DNA of 64,000 nucleotides from Oopsacas minuta. Taxonomy: Eukaryota > Animalia > Porifera. The notes under the pieces are model-generated. The model had not been told where the DNA came from and did not search any database. It saw only the letters and a list, made by a program, of their open reading frames with translations. The position numbers and the translations under genes were made by a program. The DNA lies in NCBI GenBank assembly GCA_024704765.1, contig JAKMXF010000188.1:62001-126000 (forward strand), read 5' to 3'. Position 1 is the first letter of the stretch. Every line of letters starts with the position of its first letter. Below, piece by piece: positions 26,843-39,100 of this stretch.

Positions 26843-28165
26843 ATGAAAAGACACCGTGAAGAATATAGTAAGTCCTCCCAAGCACACTTCCTTCCAATAA
26901 CATTAGCGGATAAAGACAACTACGAGATCAGTTTATTCCCAGATGTCAAAGATACGTATAGATTGAATTTACATTGGAATTGCAGTAACACTGATGTACC
27001 ATCTATCTCAATAAATCCACAGTCAGGTGGTAATGTAAAGAAAAATATTACACTCAAAACTTACAAGCATTCAGACAGTAACATCTTAACAACACGCAAG
27101 TTACTTGATGACCTACAACCATGTCATTCTATACCTCACACTATCACTTCTAACTCTACCACTGAGGAACACATTCTAGCAAAGGAAGAAATTTCTTCTG
27201 AGAGTCTAGACGAGAATCCAGAAATATCAAACGAATATCAAGAGCAATTGGATTCTCCTTTACATCACGACAGAATCCATGAGATTGACTCTCCTATAGT
27301 ACATAGTGATCCTCTCTTGCTAGAGAGAGACCTGAGTTCACTGAAGAATAGAATAACTAACATAGAGATGAGAATGCTGAGTATGCACTCAATGGTTAGT
27401 GATGTCTATGAGTGGGTGCAGTCACAGAAAACACCAATCGTGATAGAATCGATTCATAACGCTACAGAAAATTCTACTACAGAAACTCCTGTGTTAAACG
27501 GAGAAAGTTCACTCTTACGAATACCAAATACATATACCCCCACTACACAAGTTATTAACTCATCATCATCATCATCATCATCTCTACCAGCTTCATACTC
27601 ATTCTTTAATCAACAAACTCCCTTCTCAGACCCTCATCTATCTTACAAGCCTCTCCTCAATCAGTTACCTACCGAGTATGAAGTCCTGGAGCTCAAGCGT
27701 AGGTCTAACACCAGAAGGAACTTTGCAGCAAAGCTAGCTCTAAGGATTTTCAGTGAAGAGGGACTAATGTCGAATAATTCTAGTGGGAAATGTCCTGAAG
27801 GGACTATTGGAAAGCTAGACTCTACAAAAATGATGTTAATAAAGAGCTTAGTGTTTCAACACTGGCCCTTACAAGAGACGGATGGTATCAGTCAGGAAGA
27901 TTTCTGGAAACAAGAGTGCATGAGAGCAATTGACGAGAAAGGACGCTATCTTCGCTTCCAGAAGAAGAGTGTTTACAAACGTATGCTCTGGAAGAAACGC
28001 TCTGGAGCTGCCACAAACATAGAACATTCTAACCTAAGCAACTTACGCATTATGCCAGCTGGCTTATTCTCAGGCAGCAGTGATCTGCTAGACGTAATTC
28101 ATACTCCGAATACATCTGGTTCCGTAAACACATACAGTGTTACCCTTGATAACCACGTATCGTAA
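26843..28165 (+). CDS. BEN-domain protein with a predicted coiled coil, single exon, 440 aa
   Basis: C-terminal RRNFAAKLALRIFSEEGLMSNNSSGK...LDSTKMMLIKSLVFQHWP...FWKQECMRAIDEKGRYL fits the BEN-domain pattern; heptad segment LERDLSSLKNRITNIEMRML. Confidence 0.75.
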   Translation: MKRHREEYSKSSQAHFLPITLADKDNYEISLFPDVKDTYRLNLHWNCSNTDVPSISINPQSGGNVKKNITLKTYKHSDSNILTTRKLLDDLQPCHSIPHTITSNSTTEEHILAKEEISSESLDENPEISNEYQEQLDSPLHHDRIHEIDSPIVHSDPLLLERDLSSLKNRITNIEMRMLSMHSMVSDVYEWVQSQKTPIVIESIHNATENSTTETPVLNGESSLLRIPNTYTPTTQVINSSSSSSSSLPASYSFFNQQTPFSDPHLSYKPLLNQLPTEYEVLELKRRSNTRRNFAAKLALRIFSEEGLMSNNSSGKCPEGTIGKLDSTKMMLIKSLVFQHWPLQETDGISQEDFWKQECMRAIDEKGRYLRFQKKSVYKRMLWKKRSGAATNIEHSNLSNLRIMPAGLFSGSSDLLDVIHTPNTSGSVNTYSVTLDNHVS

Positions 28166-28324
28166 TTATACGTTGATATTTGTTATCATATTTTGTTCAT
28201 TGATAATTCTTCCGCTCTCCTACATCAACTTAATACAGCCTTTATTTAATGTTATGTAATATCCTTATTGTAATATATTCGTGTTTTATTTTAATTAAAT
28301 TCTTATTCAATATTAGCGATTACA

Positions 28325-29314
28325 ATGAGTAAAGTTATCATCTGGTGTTTGTTAATAGTATCGTATACATATGTATTGGTGGATTGCTCAGAAGAGACTT
28401 GGCCTGTATATCCTATCTACTACTCCAACAGGTCTAAGGTAGCTGTTCCTGACAGCTACTGCGAGGGATTGTTCCCCTTCTGTCCGGCTGGTATCAGTCA
28501 CATACCAACATTCGGAAGCGGTGACACTATAGAAGTATTCGCTATGAAGAAACCTGTATGGCAGTTCATAACAGGGAATTTTATGGGTAAGCTGGGTATC
28601 TGGCACGATGCTATAGGTCTCAGGAGTAAGAAAACAGGACTTAACTTTACTGTAGAATGGTATGAGCTGTATGAATTGCTTAACTGTACATTCCCGCATA
28701 TCGTGGATAATAGAACTAGTCCGCTATGGTGTAATCAAGGAGCTGCTTGCTTCTACAGAGGTATTATAGACAAGCTATGGCTGTCTAACGGGAGTATTAC
28801 AAAGGTAACTGAGATGACAAGCAAACAGTTCTTTGAATGGGGCAAGTGGTTGAAACTTGACAATGACACAGGTCCTTACTACGAAACATGGCGTGTTAAA
28901 GAGGGGACTAAGCGAGAAGATCAGGAGTGGTTTGTTCCTTTTGATTGTGCTAGCTTTATTCTGAGATCTTTCAAAGCAATGAAGAAGGTAGGAGCTGAAT
29001 TCAATCAAAATGTAAAACTAAACTATTCATTCATAACCCTATGCTCTGATGAACCAATCTTCCTAGCTAATGAGGCTGATATATTTGGACCTAACAAACA
29101 TAATGATACTCTAGCTAAAACTCTAATGGATTGGTATGATAACTTCCAGTCTCATCACAAGAATATTGTAAAATGGTTTGAGAGTATACTGAAAATATTT
29201 GATTATTTTGAGATTGAACATGAATTCTATCTCTACTACAACAAAGCTTACTGGTTTCTCCCACTAAAGCATCCGATTATTGATATAACCTATGAGTACG
29301 TCCCTCTACCCTAG
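28325..29314 (+). CDS. CLN5: CLN5 lysosomal protein, single exon, 329 aa
   Basis: Signal peptide; WPVYP, YCEGLFPFCP, IWHDAIGLRS, NFTVEWYELYELLNCTFPH, WCNQGAACF and FDCASFILRSF match CLN5. Confidence 0.93.
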   Translation: MSKVIIWCLLIVSYTYVLVDCSEETWPVYPIYYSNRSKVAVPDSYCEGLFPFCPAGISHIPTFGSGDTIEVFAMKKPVWQFITGNFMGKLGIWHDAIGLRSKKTGLNFTVEWYELYELLNCTFPHIVDNRTSPLWCNQGAACFYRGIIDKLWLSNGSITKVTEMTSKQFFEWGKWLKLDNDTGPYYETWRVKEGTKREDQEWFVPFDCASFILRSFKAMKKVGAEFNQNVKLNYSFITLCSDEPIFLANEADIFGPNKHNDTLAKTLMDWYDNFQSHHKNIVKWFESILKIFDYFEIEHEFYLYYNKAYWFLPLKHPIIDITYEYVPLP

Positions 29315-32300
29315 ACATTGGTTGTTGTTGATTTGTCAGAGATTGATTGTATCTTTGTACTATTTTCTGTATTTATTCTTTGTAATATTAATTGTTCATA
29401 ATTATGTCAATAGACAGCTGGTTACTAAAGGGGGTTTTAAACGTAACGCAATAAAAATCGTCAAAATAGACTCCCTCCATATGTCATGCTTTTTATAAGA
29501 AATGGTTTGAAGCTTCGTGTCGAACTGGTAGAAATTTTTACTGTAAGTTGACTAACTTATAGAGTTCGTACGTAGTCGACTTTCTGTCAGTAGTTAGCAT
29601 TGTTTAACAAGTAAAAACTTAGTAGTATACATTGAAGGGTTAAGCGCCCGCGGCCTGTTGTTTCATGCGAATTAGTCCCCTTTGAATTTAAAATAACACG
29701 TGTAATACTTTGCTTACTCCCCTCTCATGATAGTTACATAACACCTGAACAGCTTCAAAACTATGGATATACGTATTGTATTATTTATCTAAGTTCTAAG
29801 AATTTCAAATAATAACGCCAAGTCATTTCCTCAGCTAGCTGCTCTACAACAGAAATACATAAGTAGCAGTACACTCCATTATTCGAACAATTTTGTCGTC
29901 TGAATTTCTAGTTTGGTGTACAAATGATTGAAATAATATTGTATTAAATTCACTACCTGAGTGTGTACTAAAGTGAATTTTGTAATTTGTAATATTTGAC
30001 TATATTTATACAAATTGGTACCAAAGTAGTCTGAAGCTCCAATCTCATATGACTAAATATGCATGCTTCTTGCTGTTAGGATAACCGAGTGTCGGATATG
30101 TGAGGTCATGGGATTGGGATAATCGAGCTCGAGGGACTCCTGTTTACACAATAGAAGTATATGACTTCTTCAAAGATTTTCAATATCCATTTATGAATAA
30201 ATCGGAAAAACATTATCCCAAAATACTACAAATTACAAAATTGAAAAATATCGATTTTTCAATGAGTGAATTTAATTTATGATGTCATATTGTAAATTGA
30301 GCCTAAACTAAATGAAGGATGGCCGTTTGAACATTTTAAGTAGCCTTAGTTGATTTCTTTGATTTTTACGCAAAAAAGTTTCAATTCGCAAACATTGGAG
30401 GCTTAATCTCTATTATTTGAGGATTATAAAACTGTACTCTTATTTTTCTAAGATTCGGCAGCATGTATATCAATTTGGCCCGAAAACGCGCTTGAAGATT
30501 AATATAAAATTTTTATTATTTCTCTGGTATGTATTAATCTATTTTTGAAATGATCTAATTGGGCATGTCATTCAATAGTAAAAAGGTGTTGATGGGAATT
30601 GATAATATGTAAATACGAGTATTATCCAGAGTTTTGTACTTAAACGAAAATCTACTATATTTGAGTTATTCGATGACATATGTTCTATAGGAATTGTTTA
30701 ATTTGTAATAACGAGAAATTATAACCATAAATAGCAATCCTATATATTATATTATTAATCTCAATACGATATGTAATCATAATAATTACCTGAGAGATTT
30801 TAAATTTACTGTCAACAGCTATGTTATTTCAAATACGCAATATACATATCCTCCTTCAAACTCGATTTACTCACCAACATTGTTTCATTACTTGTTTATT
30901 CACATTAAAATATATATTTACAATTAATAATCCAGATTATGAATTAATAACATAGGTGAGATTAATTCATTTCGTTAATCATTCTTAATTAATTAATTAA
31001 CCTAAAAGGATTATAATGCTAAGGAGAAGAACCATTAGCATTGATGTAAGTATAGTTATATACTCCGCTTATGTGATTAGGTCAGGACTATAGTTGTTAC
31101 ATAGTCACGCTATTTGTAATATTCGATGGATTAAATTGTCCTAATAATTTTTCTGCGTGTCTTGCAAACACTTCATGGCTACGTAAGGCTATTCGTGTGC
31201 CTCTCGTATTCTTATTTTACACCTGAACCTTACTTATCCCGACCTCTGAGATACGAGTACCTCCATCTACCGGACACCATTTTTCCAAAAAAGGGAATAA
31301 ATTTTACCATTTCAGTAAATTTTCCATGTAATAGAGCCGTCTTTACTTGTAATTCATATCTAACATCTTATTTTGTAACTAAAAACCGATGAAACAACAT
31401 CTAGATTCGTCAATTCAAATTCAATTACGTATCTCGATATTTATCCTCTATAGTCTATCCTATAATTGGATCTCCCATAGAGTTAATGTTATTTCTGAGA
31501 TACGGGCAAATTCTGACTTTTGGGCATTCTCTGGTCCGGAAATGCCCGAATAAGAGAGGTTCGAGTGTATTTCAATTGGGATATATAGTCGGCCGCCGTT
31601 AATTCGAACAAAATATCTTTTGTGTTTGGTATGTGTATTCCATCTACATGTTTCAGTTATCAGTCTTTTTAAGGATACCTACATATGCTGATAGTCCCTG
31701 GAAATAGAAAATATATCACAATATTTATCAAAACAAGGTATTTGAAGCAATTCATCTACATTTCTCATGAAGATCTCGTATAATAAATTTTGTCTTCAAC
31801 TTTGGCTCTACTTATTTTAATGCAACTTTCAATAATTCGAATATTCCTTAATTCGAAAATTTTCCCATGTATAGATTTGAAATAGTAAACATTTCGTCGA
31901 ATGAACTTTTCATCAGGTGTACAAACTTGCCGAGACTCTGATAGGGAATATAAAGCGATATCTCCCTCTTGATATGGCATTTTATCGAATTAGTGAATTT
32001 CAATGCATTTATACGAGGATTTGTGTATCTTGGTCACTATTCCGATATTAAATCTGAATTACAATATTATTGAGTTAGGTGGGAAGAATACTATGTAGCA
32101 TTCTTCTCGGGTGGAAATTACTACACAGTTGTTTGCCCTCGAGAAAACTATTTTTTTACTTTATGAAACCGGCAATAATATCTAATTCCGACGAAATCCT
32201 GTGGGACCAAATGTCCGTCGACGAAGCGTCCGCCATTCCTTTGAAATATGCAATAAAGAATCTATATCCCGATCCCCCTGACTAGCCTTTGAAAGGAAAT

Positions 32301-33023
32301 CTCTACAAAGGTTTTAAAACATAAGCCCAAATGTGTGAAAACTTAATCATATGATAAATCATGTGCTATCTATAAAATTGATAATTTCATTAGATTCTCC
32401 CAATCCGTTTTTGCCTGTCAAAACGTTAATACGTTGAAACGAAGTTTTTATCTCATTTAGAAAAATATCTTTCATAGGTGTCAAAATATGATAAATCATC
32501 TAGATATAGATTTGAAAGTATAGTATTTTCCGCTTAATAGGGTCACATCGGGACCAGGCTATTTTGATTCGATTAAGCGTAGTAATTTAACAATATTTGT
32601 ATGGTTTTGTTTCTGGCCAGTTGGCCCGATTAACCAGTAGCTCTATTCAGCGGAGTCTACTGTATTTACATTAGATTCTACATATTCGATACCCCTAACT
32701 GACTGACTGACTGTTGAAAAGATTTCTATACGTTATTTTAAGTTATTAAAGTACATGAGGTCATTTCCTCCTCGTTTCCCCCTTTGCTTAATCTCCCTAT
32801 TTTAATCGCTATTTATAATATAATTAGGCAAATATTCATCCATTCCTCCTCGCTCTGAGATAGCTAGTTATGCTTTGTCTGATTAATGTATAGAAAATAT
32901 AATTTGCCAAAATAAGGCCCGAAGCGTTTAAAAATATCGAAATTAGATTATATACATATTTTGATCATATGTATTGTTAATGGAACTGATTTGTATAATA
33001 TTCTTATTTCTAGCCTAGCAGCA

Positions 33024-33109
33024 ATGGCAATGAATGGTAGTGCTACGATAAGACAAGCTTACAATTCTCTTCAAGAACTGATGAAGATGGGAATTTCAAA
33101 ACAACGTTC
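33024..33109 (+). CDS. UBASH3: UBASH3 exon 1 (UBA start)
   Basis: [28 protein letters not shown]; LMKMGI is a UBA MGF-like motif; GTAAGT donor. Confidence 0.8.
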
Positions 33110-36100
33110 GTAAGTCTAATAAGAGTGTGTAAGAATGTTTTGAGGGGATCTCTCATTATATATACTCTTGGATGTATATCATACGATGTTTGTTTGTTGA
33201 TTTCATTGATAGGTAGAGCTGGTAGATCGCATCACTGTAAATGTAGGAACAAGGAGTAGTCCGGGTCCTTTATCGGGCGAGAGGATTTGCAAGTTCTCTT
33301 TATTTAGGGATTGTTTCAAGCTGGCTAGGAGTTTGGAATATCTGTTATATGTGGGTTGTTTTTGTTTTGTGGGTTTGAAGGATGTGAGAGGTGGTTGATT
33401 TTCCTTTAGGTTGAGAATTTCCTGAAATGATGTTAAGAAAGGGTTGCCTTGATCCTCTTGGGGTTGCTGGAATGTTAGGCCATGTTTCAACAGTTCCTGT
33501 AGGGTTAGACCGGTCTTTATGTTTGCTGTTTGGTGTAGGAAGACTGGCGGAGCTTTGTGTTCCCAGGTGGATGGAAAGAGTTTTGGTTCTGTGACTAGGA
33601 TAGGTGTCATGTAGGTCCGATTGGCCTGGGCTAGTTTATGATAGTTTGTAGTTAGGTCTGAGCAAAGGTTACAATTGTGATTGGTGTAGATGTCATGTAG
33701 TAGGTAAGGAGAGATGGCGCTTAGCACTCCTTCCTGAAACAAAAGGGGTGCACGAGCTTGGGAGGAGTGATAGGTTTGTTTGGATAGTAAATTCGTCATT
33801 CCTCCATATAGATTTAGTGACGTGGTCAAGGTGGCTGTAAGATCCGTTCTGGTATTGTGCAGTTTTTTCTTTTGGGTATGTCTTGTTAGCTGTAGAGCAT
33901 CCGTTATGTTTGTATTGATTTTAGGTGTTCGGTCTCTTCCAAATTTCCCGCAGATTTGATTGCCTTACATGGGTCTATCAGCTGTGGGTATAGCTTCGAT
34001 TGCCCGTGTTGTTTTGTTTTGTTAGGTGCCACTTTGTATAATGCGGATCTCTTTTCTGGGTGGTGTGCCAGGGGACAGCGTTTAATCTCCGGCTGAGATT
34101 GAGGCGTTTAGCTGTGATATATCTGGTAGCTCGTCAAAGTATTTAGAGTTCCGGGGTGGGCGGGCAATTGGTGTCCCTGTTGAGGAGTTAGGTAACTCAT
34201 TGTTGGGTGTGGAGGCGTTAGCTGGCCTCGTGTTCTTGCTGGTGGTCCCCTTGGTTAGTGGTGATGAACTATTAAGGCGGACCTACTAGCGGTCGGTGTA
34301 GCAGACTTCACCTTACACCCGGCCGGAGGTGAGTGCGGGAATTTTTTGCTTGGTATAGCAGTCATTCTTAGTTGCACTATTAAGAATTAGGATTTTTCAA
34401 ATAAAATAATAACGAATTTTACAGAGAAGAATAAATACAGAAATGCAAATTACTAAAACTTTTTCGCCTATTAAAAGGCTTTACAGTTGTGTCTTGGTTG
34501 TAGATTTTAATTGTGATTTGGCGCCTAATTGTGCCATAATTATCTCTTTGCTGTGTCGTGTGGTTCAAACACCTGGGCTTCTAACTATTTTACCCGAAAC
34601 GAAATGGTTAGCTTAAACCTGTTTCAAATGTAGGGTAATTGTATATCAGCTATCAGTTCATAGGCCATTGACTGAAATGATTTCTATATCAGTATACCCT
34701 CGATTATCCGAACACCTTCGTCATACACTTTCAATTTTAGTGTTCTGATAAGTGAAATAGTGTATTTTCATATAAGAAATTTACAGCTTAGGATCTGAAA
34801 ATGAGCATTCGTATATTGGAATATTTGACTGCATATTTCTAATAATATTGGCTAAAATGATCACATCATTTCGAAAACCCTAGTACTAAAGTGCATCAAA
34901 TTTTAAATTTGAATAAATTAAATGTTTTTCCTGCAGTGCCGATAACCGATGTGCCGGATAATCGAGGGTCTACTGTACCTTAAAGTTGAAATATACTATG
35001 GACAGGGGACTGTAGTGCAGGGGAGCGGCGCTACGCCACTAATTTCAAAGAGATACGTACCGCGTTTAATCGTTAATTCTACTTTATGAGGTTAGTCACT
35101 CAATGCTTCACCTGTAATATATATTTCTCCGTTTGCTATTGTTAAATAAAATCACTCAAATTTACATATGAGAAACTTAAATGCGAAATTCGGATTCCTG
35201 ATAATTGATTAACACATTAAGACAGTTGAAACCAAGTTTCTGGGACTATTTAGAAATTTGTTCACTTTGTACACCTAAACAACAACAAATACTCACTATT
35301 TGTTGTTAACAAAATCATAATTGAAATCGGGTTAACCGATTACCCCATTACAATCATTGAAAACAAGTTTCTGAACCAATTAAGAATTTATTTACTATAT
35401 TCATAAAAACAACAATAAATTTACATATGAGAAACTTGAAATGCGAAATTCGAAATCAGCGAATTTGTTACCCCATCCATTATAGCCGTTGAGAGCAAGT
35501 CTCTAAGTTATTTTAAGATTTCAACTTGTTTACTTTATATTCATAAACACAACAAATAAATTTAGATAAATTTATGTAAACTTATTGGGGATAAGCCGTA
35601 CACTCGGTTAGTACGTTCTAAATTTGGTTCCCTAGGGAATACGTGTACGTCTTATCCGAGTTCTATTGTATTAACACACTATTCTTTATAGTGAGAAGGC
35701 TATTGCTGCTACAGGAGATGTGGGAGTGGAAGATGCTGCTACATGGTAGGTTATTATATTGAATTATAAAATGTACTAGTTAAGAATATAGTCAGAGACC
35801 TTATTGTGAAACCACACGGGACCAAAATTCCTGTACAATATAATAGAGACTTCATTATAAGGGAACTTAATTTTAAGAGAGTGATATTGAGCGACATTGA
35901 TTGTATTTGTACTAATCTGTAGAATCCTCTGATACACTATAGCACCCAGGGCGGTCTGAAGTGGGGGGGACGATCTGGTTATAAAATACTATACAGTGGA
36001 GTCTCCCAAAATGGACATTCCGAGAAGCGAACAACCTCGTGGCACGAATTGAATTTGCCAAGCATATAATTACTACTTAAGCGTCTCCGACTAGCGGATA

Positions 36101-39100
36101 ATTCTCTACAACGGACAGATAACATGTCCCCAACGTGTCCGTTATTCGGAGACTCCACTGTATAACATGTGTAATTACCATCTTAGGATTTTAAATCATT
36201 TGAATGATCAAGACCTAGAGAAGGTTAAGCACAGAGAATATGTAGTGTACTTAGTACCTACAGGACCTCTTCTGAGTGAACTAAACTCATTCATGGCATC
36301 TAGCATAGAACAGTGCGGCAGGAACGGAGCACACAAAACCTTCCCACACACAACTCTGTGTAAATTCTTCACTGTAAGTTTACATTAGATGTTTATTCAT
36401 AAGAATTATTTTTGATTACATTCCACTTTATATATTTTGTGAACATCTTGAAATTTCTAATATGAAAATTTGTACATATTTACCACAGTCAGGCCCACAG
36501 GATCTTGTTTATAATAAGATTCATATAGGAGAATTTCATTTATCCGCATATTATGGGAGTTATTGCTTTCAATAGCTACTTGGTTCATAATAGAATGTTC
36601 ATTATAAGCGGGTTCATAATAAGTGATCCTGACTGTATATGTACATTTTAGGGATAGATTTGAGACCGGGGTCGAGTATAACTTTAAAATAACTCTTCAT
36701 ATTGACGGTTGATCATATTTCACTTACTCAATCTAAGTTTGCTATATCCTAGAGATTATATTCCAATAGCATAATAACTGAGTAAAGAATAACTCCGAGC
36801 TTCATCCTTCACTCCCGATCTGAGAGACATACATTTTATGATATAATAAGTAATTACGTACAAAAATAATAATATTCTAATTACATCAATATACACTACA
36901 TATAAAGTGATAAGTTATTACCATCACCAGTCTAGTGATATTATAGCTCTATAGCGTGTGAGAGATCCATAAACATATCAGATATATCCAGGAAGCTAAA
37001 CAGCTCGTATAGCTCTGTATTAAGATAGGAGCTGTGAAATAGAATAGTTGGTATAGGAGGATAACACCTAGGCATACAATCCTTCTTAAACCCTAGATGT
37101 AGTCTGATACATGTCCAGAAGAATAAGAACCGTTTAACTATATACTGTAGAGTATCATCAGTACACAGCTGTTTGTATGATAGAGGTAGGTTAGGTAGAC
37201 TAGACAGTGTACTGAAAGCTATGTCTTCTACTTGTGTTATTAGTTCTAAGGCTGTATGAGCTAGCTTAGTACTGATTGACTGTATGCTACAGATTAGACA
37301 GAGACCTGAGAGAGGAGAGGAGAGGAAGAGGGTCAGGAGACCGCCTCCCCGTGTCATGGTATTCTCTATAGTAGTGGGGTAATGAGGAGGGGACATTATA
37401 CAAATGAAGGGTTGGTGGAACCTGTCAGGGAATGAGAGCTCAGTCTGTGAGAGGAATCCTGGGCAGTCTATCAGAAGAAATAAAGGTCGACGTAGAAAAG
37501 GATAGATATCTTCCATGAACAGCTGATCATGTTGTTGTAGAGGTATGCTACTACTATTCTTATGTACTGGCAGGAGAATAGAGTTTGTAGTGTAACTGGG
37601 GTGAAGCTCACCTGTTTGTTGGATAGAGCTATATGATGAAGAGTAAGCAGTAGATTCTCCTGATATGTATAGCAATAAAGCTTGATGAGGTGATAGTGTA
37701 TTAGATATACCAGACAATACTTCTATGAGAGAGATAGTACTGATCTTATGGATATGTGTTATCATAGTCTCTATCCCGTCTTCTCTTGTTACTCTATGTA
37801 GTAGACTATTCATCCTGTAATGGTCTATTGTGTAGTCTATCAGTTTGCTCTGTTTAGTGTTACCTCCCACCAATACTGCCTGGCCTAGAGAGAATGTGAT
37901 AGTGTCAGAGCGAGCAGGAGTGTGAGCAGGTAAGGTTTGGAAGGGAGATATTTCTAATAATGTGTCATCTTCAATTGGTAGGCAGACGTATGACAAGAAT
38001 GAACTGAATTCTGACAGTACATGTGCATACTCTTCAGGTACACTCTCTCCCTTACCACTTGATGTCTTTTGGATAATATCAGATAGTCGGGTAAGGTAAT
38101 CCTGTACTGAGCTGAAGTTTTCAAGAAAGAAAGATACCTGTATAGCTCTTGAGAAAGATCTCAGTTTCTTATGCATCAAATTACCTACATCAACTTCTGT
38201 CTGTACTTCCCAATCAAAATAATCTCTCTTTAGAATAGCGTTATAGAATGAGAATGATTCTCTTAGGAACTTAATCTGTGACGTATGTATATAGTAACTC
38301 ATATAAAGATGGGCTATACGGGATCCTATCTCACCGATTTGATAACGTCTCAGGTCTAAAGCCTGTCGCTGTTGCTGTTGGTATTGCCAGAGAATATCGA
38401 ATTGTGAGAATGCTTGAAAGAATAGAGATTTCCATCTAGTGCTGTCTGCTGTGTATGCAGGAAGTTGTAGTATTCTAGAGAATAGATCGTTACTGATACG
38501 ACATAGCTCGTCATATTTCATCACTACTTCTTTCGAATAGGTATTTTCTGGCTGTATAACCTTTGTAATATCTGGTGTATGTTCTATTTCTATTTCTTCT
38601 GTATCTTCTCCCAAATCGTCCTCTGATAAAGACTGTGCTTCCATATCTGTGTTAGGCAATTAATTGTTAGCTAGATCACCTGCTTGACTTGGAAGGCACC
38701 TGCAAAAACAACTGACGGTGACAGTTGTTTGTTGCCTGGCCTTAGGATAGATTAACCTATGCTATTCAGGCATAATACCTGTTTGACAAGCCATGCTTAC
38801 AGTTTTGTGAACATTATTAGTTTATTACCTCGTTAAGAGAGACACCTAGTTGTAAGTCTGAATCTATGTAACTGTTACAAATTGTAGAGCAGAAATGGCC
38901 GACATGTGCGACAATTGCAAGTTGAAATTAACAAAACGATGAGGGAAAATTCGAAGAATAAAATGTTTTCCTTTCGTTTAAGACCTAAAGTCAGGGTTGC
39001 CGTTGGAACGGAATACACAAATATCGTCATTATTGTTATTAATTCATCATTACTCAATGCATAAATTCAGCTACACCGTAAGTATATAATCTAGCTAATA

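Noticed and set aside
31600-32290. Decayed coding-like sequence (ORFs 31765-31980 and 32079-32285)
   Set aside because: Many stops in all frames and no motif I can recognise; cannot be assigned.
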